DNA of 64,000 nt from Eledone cirrhosa. Taxonomy: Eukaryota. Below, in pieces: positions 53,645 through 64,000 of the stretch (position 1 is the stretch's first letter; the number at the start of each line of letters is the position of its first letter). The stretch spans positions 89,962,001 to 90,026,000 of the forward strand of contig OZ024747.1 of the NCBI GenBank assembly GCA_964016885.1, read 5' to 3'. The notes beneath the pieces are model-generated. The model worked only from the letters and a program-made list of their open reading frames with translations, did no database searches and was not told the DNA's origin. The translations under genes and the position numbers were made by a program.

Positions 53645-53725
53645 GTCTATCTATCTATTTATATCTATCCCTATCTATCTATCCCTATTTATCTATCCCT
53701 ATCTATTTATCTATTCATGTATCTA

Positions 53726-53790
<65 letters not shown>
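53540..53790. repeat. (TCTA)n microsatellite
   Basis: Visible directly. Confidence 0.9.
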
Positions 53791-54177
53791 CACTCTCTTC
53801 CTCCCTTTTTCTCTTTCTATCTTACACACAGCTATCCACACATGATCAGAAACTTTAACTTTATACCTAACTTTAAATTCTATGTCTAGTTTTTTTAAAC
53901 TTCTTATTCCCTAACATTAGAAAGCATCAAATGTCAATCTGACTAGAAGTTCACAAACAATTTAGTTTCCATTATTTTGGTTTCAGTTCCAAGAATTCAA
54001 GAAGAAGCAACTGAGTAACATACTGTTAAAATAAAATGCAAAAAGAATTTACAATCAGGATATAATTAATACCAAACTCTTCATAGTTAACTGCATTTGT
54101 GTGAAGCCATTTCTGAATGTGGAATCATCAACATTTCTTCAACTTGATTCTGAAAACAAAAACAAAAACAAAATAAG

Positions 54178-54216
<39 letters not shown>

Positions 54217-54534
54217 GAATAAAAATAAAGACACAAAAAAAAAAAAAAAAAAATACAATATAAAACAGTCATTTATCTGTTAGATTTAGAAATAATGCCT
54301 AGATTGGAATATCCTTGATAAAATGGTAGAAAATATCCATATTATTACTAATGGAAATAATTATCTTTTCATCAGTGCTGTGATAGTTTGTTGATAATGA
54401 GGTTGCTTAGAATTAATTTTTGGTTTATTTTCATTTAGTGCTATTTTCTGAATGTTTTCGACCAAATGATTTTGCTTAAGGTTGTTTGCAATCATTGACC
54501 TGTATAGTTACACTGAAACACCCACATCCATACA

Positions 54535-55080
<546 letters not shown>

Positions 55081-55988
55081 ATTTAGATTTGCAGAAGAAT
55101 ACATATATAGATATAAATAAGTGCATGAATAAGTGTATACATAGCTGTAGGTTTGTAAATTAATTTATTTTATACTGTTTGTAACTAAAACTGTAAAAGT
55201 TGGTATTTTATCTTACCAAAATAAAAGTATATGTTGTGTTTATGTACAGCTTTCTGTTATAAGATGTAAGTGGATTGCATGATAAATAAGTGTTTGCTTT
55301 TGTTTCATTAGCTTGTAGTCATGAGTTCAAGTTGTGAAGAGAATAACAGTAAGAAACTCCAGTATATAGTTGCTGATTTGACTCCAGTACATAGCTGCTG
55401 ATTGGATTCCCTAATTACCTTTGACATAGCTTCTTATTCAACTCTTGTTCTGGTTGGATGCAGATTGAGATGGTTGACATCAATAAATCTATTTCATATT
55501 AAACTCACTACAGACAAATACCAACTATCAGGAGAATATATTTTTGCAACTTCAGGATTAGGACACCATTCATCATCGTTGTTTAATGTCTACTTTCTCT
55601 GCTAGGAATTCTATGTTCATCAATTAAACACAAACAGCCAAGAATTGTATGGACACCAGGGAGGGAGATAAAGATATTCAATTTAACCCTTTAGCATTTA
55701 TATTACTCTATATATACCATTGTATTTTCACAGTAAAAGCTTTATCTTACACAAATATATCCCATAATATCAAATCTATGAGATTTTGACATTAATTATT
55801 TTGAGAACAATACCATCACATCAGTATGAGTGGCCAGTTATGGACGGTTTGAACAGAAAGAGGTGAGAAAAGTCTGGCCAGATACAGTCAGTTTAAATGC
55901 CAAGGAGCTAAACCGTGTCTGAGATATAAGACAATGATGGAGAAGGTGATAAAGAAGTTAAGAGCTGAAACACTCGCTTGAGGAGAGG

Positions 55989-56997
55989 GGGTTTCTTCTC
56001 TGAAGACCTTCTGCTGTCCAGCTCTCCTTAGAGTTTCTTCTCTGAAGACCTTCTGCTGTCCAGCTCTCCTTAGAGTTTCTTCTCTGAAGACCTTCTGCTG
56101 TCCAGCTCTTCTAAGACTTTCTGCTCTAAAAACCTTCTGCTGTCCAGCTCTCCTTAGAGTTTCTTCTCTAAAAACCTTCTGCTGTCCAGCTCTCCTTAGA
56201 GTTTCTTCTCTGAAGACCTTCTGCTATCCAGCTCTCCTAAGAGTTTCTTCTCTGAAGACCTTCTGCTGTCCAGCTCTCCTAAGAGTTTCTTCTCTGAAGA
56301 CCTTCTGCTATCCAGCTCTCCTAAGAGTTTCTTCTCTGAAGACCTTCTGCTGTCCAGCTCTCCTGAGAGTTTCTTCTCTGAAGACCTTCTGCTATCCAGC
56401 TCTCCTGAGAGTTTCTTCTTTGAAGACCTTCTGCTGTCCAGCTCTCCTGAGAGTTTCTTCTCTGAAGACCTTCTGCTGCCCAGCTCTCCCGTTCAGCTCT
56501 CCCCAGAGTTTCTTCTCTGAAGACCTTCTGCTATCCAGCTCTCCTGAGAGTTTCTTCTTTGAAGACCTTCTGCTATCCAGCTCTCCTAAGAGTTTCTTCT
56601 CTGAAGACCTTCTGCTGTCCAGCTCTCCTGAGAGTTTCTTCTCTGAAGACCTTCTGCTGCCCAGCTCTCCCGTTCAGCTCTCCCCAGAGTTTCTTCTCTG
56701 AAGACCTTCTGCTATCCAGCTCTCCTGAGAGTTTCTTCTTTGAAGACCTTCTGCTATCCAGCTCTCCCAAGAGTTTCTTCTCTGAAGACCTTCTGCTGTC
56801 CAGCTCTCCTGAGAGTTTCTTCTCTGAAGACCTTCTGCTATCCAGCTCTCCTGAGAGTTTCTTCTTTGAAGACCTTCTGCTATCCAGCTCTCCTAAGAGT
56901 TTCTTCTCTGAAGACCTTCTGCTGTCCAGCTCTCCTGAGAGTTTCTTCTCTGAAGACCTTCTGCTGCCCAGCTCTCCCGTTCAGCTCTCCTAAGACT
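55989..56997. repeat. 42-bp minisatellite (~23 units) with a recurring 55-bp variant
   Basis: Unit gagtttcttctctgaagaccttctgct(g/a)tccagctctcct(t/a/g)a; variant with cccgttcagctct at ~56488, ~56669 and ~56976. Confidence 0.95.
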
Positions 56998-57507
56998 TTG
57001 AAGACTAGAAAGATGATATCATCGATGAAGTAAATATTATTTCTTCAAAAACTGTTTGCTAATGTTAAAATAGAGTAGATGTTAGGTTAATATAATGAAA
57101 CAATTATTACAAGACTAGATGTTCAGACTCTATTGCCTGTCAACATAGATTGATACATCAAAGTCCAGGATTTCATAGCAAAGCTCCTCACACTAATTGT
57201 ATACAAATGGGAAAATTTATTACAAGTCACTGAAAGAAAAATTAAAATAAATGTATTAGTCATTATATGTGTGTATTTGTGTATGTGTGTGTATATATGT
57301 GTATGTATGTATGTATGTATGTATGTATGTATGTATGTATATATGTATTTATGTAGTCATGCATGCATGTATGTATGTATATATGTATGTATATATGTAT
57401 GTATATATGTATGTACGTATGTATGTATATATGTATATATATGTATGTATGTATGTATGTAAGTATGTATATATGTATGTATATATGCATGTATATATAT
57501 ATATGTA

Positions 57508-57915
57508 CGAGGGTAATCCCAAAAGTAAGGTCTCCAAAGCGATGGTGATGCAGAGAAACTGTTCGTACGGCTGTTGGCAACACTGTTGTGGTTGGTGCTT
57601 CTTTCACTCCCAAACAAGCATGCGCGCAATTCGCTGGAAAGCTCAATCTTGGCTTGGCAGCTGTTGAGAATGGAGCTCCCGTTGAACGCTACCGCCATGT
57701 GCGAATTTCGCGCAGTTATTATATAGAGGGCAATCCCAAAAGTAAGGTCTCCTTCCGAGGAAAACATGCATAAAGATCGGCGGATCACTCTGGATGCTCT
57801 CTGCCTTTTGGTTCCTGAGGTTTCCCAAAGCACCATCCATGGGATTTTAACGGAAAAGTTGCAATATCAGAAGTTGCAATATCGGAAGGAGACCTTACTT
57901 TTGGGATTGCCCTCG
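57508..57915 (+). mobile_element. Deleted mariner element with TA TSD and an extra internal TIR
   Basis: TA|cgagggtaatcccaaaagtaaggtctcc ... ggagaccttacttttgggattgccctcg|TA; third TIR at 57726-57752; transposase relics MELPLNATAMCEFRAVI and KDRRITLDAL...VSQSTIHGILTEKLQYQK. Confidence 0.88.
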
Positions 57916-58129
57916 TATGTATATTCTTCTGGTTTTATTATTTCACAAATTTTTACCAATAGAGAGAGAGTCGGTTTCTAACATAGACACAAGACTCTCT
58001 CATTGGAATTTACACAACATCAACTAGGTAGATATGTATGGATGTTATTGTATGTGTGGATGTGTATGTTTTGAGTTGTATGTGTGCATGTGTATATGCT
58101 TTGTATCTGTACATGTGTATATGCAGTTA

Positions 58130-59702
58130 TTAGATGCAACATTTTTGGAATGTTTTACATATTTTTACTGTTCCATTAATGGATTGTTCTTGTATTTTCC
58201 TCACTAGTTGTGTTCCTTCTGTCCCTGTGAAGCCTAGCGTCTCAAGATTTGTATTGAGGCAGTTACTAACATATCCCAGTGCCCCAATAATCACAGGCAT
58301 AAATCTGAAGGTGTAATCAGGGTGTAGTATCTGCAGATTTCTCATCAGTTCTGCATAAATATTCTCCTTTTCGCTAATCTTTAATATCATATTGGCATCT
58401 GCTTTCTTGTCCCTTTCCCATATCATAATATCTGGTCTGTTATGCCTGCGTTTTATTGCAGTTTTTACTGGAACATTCCACCAGTACTCTTTCATATTAT
58501 GTATATGGATGTCTTCCACATTTCTGTAGCTTTTAATGTATTTATTATCGGGGCTATCTTTTCTACGGATTGCATTGTAGTGTTTTGCCTGCATCCCTAT
58601 CTCTTTTGTGAATCACGTATTTCGTGTTAATCTCCTGTTCTTGGATTGCAAAAGCGTATCCTGCAAAGTGGGAGCCAACATAGCGGTTGTTGGTTCAAGA
58701 TAGACTACTTTCCTTATCTATATTACTCTCACTCTGGAGCTTCCTGGCAACATATCCATGCATGATTTTTTGCTGATAAGCATGCAGTTTTTCATCCATG
58801 GATTCACTGCGATACTGCTGAGTGACTTCCCTGGGTGTGAGTTTTTGATTATCACACAGGGAATATCTCTCGAGGAGTTCTTTTCCAACTCTCATGATCT
58901 TATCTGTTTCATGCAGATAGACTTGCTCGAGAGACAGGCTCCTACGCTTCAAGGTTCGTAGATGTTGTCGGAGGGATATGATGCGACATTCAAATGCTGT
59001 TTGGACTGATGTTAGGCCTCTGCCTAACATCAGCTTACGTTTCAAGTAAAGGCTGTCTATGTCACTGTTGATGTGGAAGTTTCCAGTATTGTTTAGTATT
59101 TTTCGAGTTCTAACATCAGCTGCTCAGATTTCGTCTATCGTCCAATTGAGTATTCCAAACGTTGGTGTTAGGACAGGTGCAGCAAACACATTGTGAGCCA
59201 CTGTTTTGTTTTGCGCAGAGAGTTCCAATGACCATATCTTTCTTAATCGGGTGTAGTATTCCCTGGTTACACGTTCCTTATTACAGATACCATTATAGGA
59301 TATGTTCTCATCTATCCCCAGGTATCTGTAGCAGTCCTCATTAGATATTGATTAAACAGTTAGGCCATTGATGACAATGTTGCTAGATTGAGTTGTTGTT
59401 TTTCCCCGCTTTACAGTCATATATGAGCATTTATCTTGGCCAAACGCCATTCCTATATCCTTTGAGAACGGTGTAACCAGGTCAATATTTTTCTTCATCC
59501 CATCCATTTTCTTGGCATAGAGTTTCAGATCATCCACAAAGAAATTATGGGTTAGGTTCATATTTCTGTCCTCTTGTGAGCCAATGATGTATTCTTCACA
59601 TTTCTTGAGCAGAAAGGACAAGAGGTTTAATGACAGGATGAATAATATCACAGAGAGACTATCTCCCTGAAATATACCCCTGCGATATTTTATTTTATCA
59701 GT
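58130..59702 (-). pseudogene. R4/Dong-type LINE fragment (RT plus restriction-like endonuclease)
   Basis: RGIFQGDSL, HNFFVDDLKLY, IGMAFGQDKC, YLG, GRGL, MHG, AIQEQEI, NRPDIMIW (REL), PVIIGALG; several deletions and frameshifts. Confidence 0.88.
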
Positions 59703-61139
59703 GAATATATATGTATCAGTGAATATGTATCAGTGAATATATATGTATGTATGCATGTATGTATGTATATATGTATGTATGTATGTATGCATTAAATTAA
59801 TATATATCTTTATTGTACTGTATCATTTACTGTGTTGTTTTCTGTTTATCTTTTTGCATATGCATATATATATATGTATGTATTATATATATGTAGTGTT
59901 AAGAGTTTCTGTAGAAGACTTGATAAAGGTAAAAGAGTGCTCTATGTTAAGTACAGAGCTAAAGTATATTATTGTAAATAAATTCTCAACACAGTTGCTT
60001 GCTACCTAAGGTTTCAAAGCGTACTCTAGCATAGGTCTTAGAGACGGTATATTTGCAAGTGTTGCTTATCTTTCAGTCAATATCAAGATGGCCGATGTTA
60101 TTTATATGAGATCTCATCAAGTGCAAGGGAGGTAATAATAATGTAATATTAAATTTGATTTTGTTATACTCTTGTGTCTGTAAGTTTATGTTTTTTTAAT
60201 GTAATTATAATTGCAATTGTTCAAGATTTGCATTGTGTATATATGTGTTTGTGTTTATCTATGTATAATTATATGGATTATTATAGTAAATATATGTTTT
60301 TATTAAGATGTAGAGTATTCTTAAATATTTATATGCTATGCACACACACACACATACACACACACACACATATTCATATGTGTTTGTGTATAGAACAATG
60401 AAAAAAGAAAACAAAATGCAGATGTAGGTAATCAATTAGTTCATTGTTTTACAATCATTTCAGAGGGTTGATTGCCCTCCCATACACTTCTATATTACAT
60501 TTCCATATTAACCCCTTAGCATTTAAACTGGCCATATCTGACCAGATTTCTCTCACCTCTTTCTGTTCAAACCGGCTATATCTAACCAGATTTCTCTCAC
60601 CTCTTTCTGTTCAAACCGGCTATAACTGGCCAGATTTCTCTCACCTCTTTCTGTTCAAACTGGCTGTAACTGGCTGCTCTAATGTTAATATATTGTTTTC
60701 AAAATAAGTAATAACAAAATCTTATAGGCTCGAGATTATATGAGGTAATTAAGTGAGGTAAAGGCTTTACCATGAAATATATAATAGTAAATATAGAGTA
60801 ATGATTTCTTATATAGGCACACGGCCAGAATTTTGGGGGGAAGGGGAAAGTTGGTTAAATCGACCCAGTGTGGGACTGGTACTTTATTTTATCGACCCCG
60901 CAAGGATGAAAGGCAAAGCTAACCTCTGTGCGATTTGAACTCAGACCGTAAAGGGCCGTAACTCTATGCTGCAAAGCATGGTGTCCGACTCTCTACCGAT
61001 ACTACCAAAGGGTTAAACATGTGATAAACCATGCCAAATATGGATAACATAAGAAGGATCAGTTTGATTTCATCCCTTCCAATCAATGCAAGCATGAAGA
61101 TGATGAAGATAATGGTGATAATGACGAATTCTGAAGTGT

Positions 61140-61290
61140 TTTGGCAGTATCGGTAGAGGGTCGGACGCCATGCTTTCCAGCATAGTTACGTCTCTTTACG
61201 ATCTGAGTTCAAACCCCGCCGGGGTCGATAAAATAAAGTACCAGTAATGCACTGGGTAATTGCTGGCCTTGTGCCTAAAGTAGAAACAGT
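61140..61290 (+). mobile_element. SINE A with internal deletion (other copies at 13813-14022, 15354-15563, 49610-49820, 51130-51335, 52725-53050, 60805-61010)
   Basis: Family head and tail are present; the central gcctttcatcc part is missing. Confidence 0.8.
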
Positions 61291-62249
61291 TATCTGCCTA
61301 ATAAACAATAGTTAAATGAGAGATGAAATATTTAATACTTGAAATTTTGAAAAGCTAAAATAAATATAATATGCAGTGAGAGAAAAACAATATTTGTTGA
61401 TAACTAAAGCTTTCATTTTTCTAACATAATACATGAGGAAACACTTAACATGTTTCAGCCTCCTTGGGCATTATCAGAGAAATTGTAGCTTTGCCTTAAC
61501 TACCTAAACAGATACATATATTCATTGGTTAAAAAAAAATATAGAATCCTAAGACATATGCCTGATAGATACTGTGTAAAACGAGTGAAATAATATTTAA
61601 AACTTGTTCGGGTGAGGTTTATGTAATCATGCTTACTTTACATATGAATAAACATATCTATTAGATTCTAGGCTCTTCTAACATATGAGTGCATTGAAAA
61701 TGCTTATGTTCTTATAACACAAACACACACACACACACAGGCACACACAGATGCACACATAGATAAATACAGATAAACACATATAGATATAGATATATAT
61801 GTGTTTATGGGTATATGAAAAAGAACAGTAATATGAAAGATGTATAGTATGTGAGCATGGTATTGTGTATATATATATATATATCATCATCATCCTTTAA
61901 CGTCCATCTTCCACGCTTGCATGGGTTTGGACGGGAGTTTTCCCACTTGAGGCAAGATTGGTTGTCTTAGGACTGCCTGGCGGGTTTTCTACGGCTGGAT
62001 GCCTTTCCCAACACCAACCACATTTACAGTGTGGACTGGGAGGTTGTTACCGTGTTACCCACACGGCCACATTACAGCGTGGACTGTGTTTTTTTGTCGT
62101 GACACCTACACAACCTCATTTGTTTTGGACTGGGTGTTGTGGTACCAACATAACTTTACATTGAAAGGGGTGGTGTATGGGGTGGGGGTAGTGGGACGGG
62201 GGTGTATTTTTGTTAGAGGTGCCTACTGACTGTAGGTTTCGCTTTGTAC

Positions 62250-62515
62250 TTAGGCAAGGCGGGTCTTCTGTATTACTGTGTAGCGCCAAAGATCTCGGTC
62301 CAGTGACATTGTCTCGGAGAGGTATAAGTGTGTGAGGTCGGAATTTATCAAGTCATCCCAGGTTTTTCTGAGTCTGCCTACTCCGTGGCTACTGTCTATT
62401 TTTATTGCCCTGCACTTTTTTATACAGTTGTCGTCTTTCATGCGCATCACATGACCATACCAACGTAGCCTTCTCTCGAGTAAACAACATCTGATCCATC
62501 TTATTCCTAATTTCT
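62250..62515 (-). mobile_element. RTE LINE 3' fragment
   Basis: REKRLRWYGHVMRMKDDNCIKKC...GRLRKTWDDLI...DRDLWR. Confidence 0.8.
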
Positions 62516-62518
62516 ACC

Positions 62519-62549
<31 letters not shown>

Positions 62550-62713
62550 GTATATATATATTATGTATTTGCAGATAGAGAAGAAAGAAAACAATGTAGT
62601 GAGAAAGGGTGATTAGAAGGGAAACATACACACAAACAGAAACATGCACACACATGTACATGTAAATATAAATATAAGTACATATATGTATATGTGTGTG
62701 TGTATATATATAC

Positions 62714-62759
<46 letters not shown>

Positions 62760-63270
62760 TATTTTCCGTTGTGTTGTAATATAAATATTACACACAGTAG
62801 ATTATCGGCTCACGTAGAGTTTGCTCGACGGTTCCAGTTGTAGTTCCAAAAGTAATCCGGAGAAAAATAGAAAGATTTGAATGGATACAGTTTAGTTGAA
62901 AGGAATTTATTGACACGTGTTTCTATAACAGTTACATAACCTAAAACAGCTATCTACAAACTTTTAGTTATGCAGACATTCAATATTTCAATGTTATTAT
63001 TTACTGTCATTTCATCAGAATAATATTACTGAGGACCTATTTAGTTTTTATAGAGAATATTAGGAGGGAGGGGTGAAGTTGTTAGAAGAATAGTTGAAGG
63101 AGTGGTTTTTCGATAGCAGTGAGAATTCTTGGTGGCAGTGAGTAATTAGATTCCCATCTGTTGTTTTGACATTTTTTATAGAATATATTATTGGTTATTT
63201 TTCTAAATCTATAGAAGGATTAGAGATAGTGAAGATATGCGTGGTTGGTTTTGTGTTTGCACTTAATTAA
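62760..63270 (-). mobile_element. Penelope-like element 3' end / pLTR
   Basis: Decayed GIY-YIG C-terminal 'LI..C.H' motif (GNLITHCHQ) upstream of a hammerhead core. Confidence 0.65.
62907..63023 (-). ncRNA. Type-I hammerhead ribozyme with enlarged stem II
   Basis: Minus strand reads UUAUU-CUGAUGA-[A-AUGACAGU...ACUGUUAU-A, 88 nt]-GAAA-CACGUG-UC|-AAUAA: canonical GUC site and palindromic stem III ACACGUGU. Confidence 0.82.
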
Positions 63271-63609
63271 CATTCAGACTTAAATTTTTCTTTCAAGTGT
63301 ACGTATCCTTTCACCCACGCATTCACACACAAATATATTTGCACACCTCTACAAAATACATATACACACAATTCACATATTCATACTTACATATACATAC
63401 ACATGCATACACATATATATACACACATGTATTCATGTACATACATACGCGCTCATGTGTATACATTTTCATACTCAACTTATCTTTATATACACACGTA
63501 TAGACACACACATATATACATACATACTCTAGTCCATGTGTACACACATTCACATACATACACATCCATATACACATATATACATACACCTATATACATA
63601 CATATATAC

Positions 63610-63652
<43 letters not shown>

Positions 63653-64000
63653 CATACACAAACATACATATACACACATACACATATATATATATATAAG
63701 CACTTTAATACATGAATACACTTACATCTAACTATACACATTAAACATATATATATATTTACTTATTTATATACATTTTCACATATATATACATACTTAT
63801 GGACGTTTTTAGACACATTCATTATCGCATATTTGTACCTATTCTCATCAGCATATCTTTTCATTATTAGTATGGTAATTTAAGGTTATTAATATACATA
63901 TATATGTTGAGAAGAGATTGTTTTTATATTTTTCTAACTAGATTAAGGTTTATATAGTTGGGGGATGTCCCTCTTTTATGTAATATTCGGCTTGTAGTGG

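Noticed and set aside
55989-56997. CRISPR array or tandem hammerhead (contains CTGAAGA)
   Set aside because: No unique spacers and a eukaryotic context; no downstream GAAA or stem III on the same strand.
61455-61492. Functional hammerhead on the minus strand (CUGAUAA...GAAACAUGUUA)
   Set aside because: Core G is mutated and stem I barely pairs; counted only as a degenerate relic, like ~60000-60080.

Overview
AT-rich, repeat-saturated animal genomic DNA, most likely a cephalopod (octopus-like). This is inferred from the SINE families, the R4/Dong, RTE, Tx1 and Penelope content, and very long (TATG)n, (CA)n, (TA)n and (CAT/CAC)n tracts. No host protein-coding gene can be supported: nearly all long ORFs in the track are microsatellite artefacts or decayed transposon frames. 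Recognisable mobile elements: a near full-length degenerate Tx1/L1 LINE (40.2-45.3 kb), R4/Dong-type LINE fragments, many RTE 3' ends, two copies of an internally deleted RTE derivative, a non-autonomous Helitron with a nested RAG1/Transib-like (Chapaev3-type) transposon, a hAT transposase relic, a mariner derivative with three TIRs, piggyBac-type TTAA MITEs and dozens of tRNA-derived SINEs. The most interesting signals are non-coding. (1) Three minimal type-I hammerhead ribozymes with intact cores, plus degenerate ones, all on the minus strand and tied to Penelope-like LTR relics and inverted repeats. (2) A 1.36-kb fold-back palindrome next to one of them. (3) Retroelements sitting in different microsatellites, including stacked Tx1 insertions in (TCTA)n. 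(4) A recent 1.54-kb tandem duplication bounded by LINE 3' ends. All calls come from reading the sequence by eye; no database searches were run.
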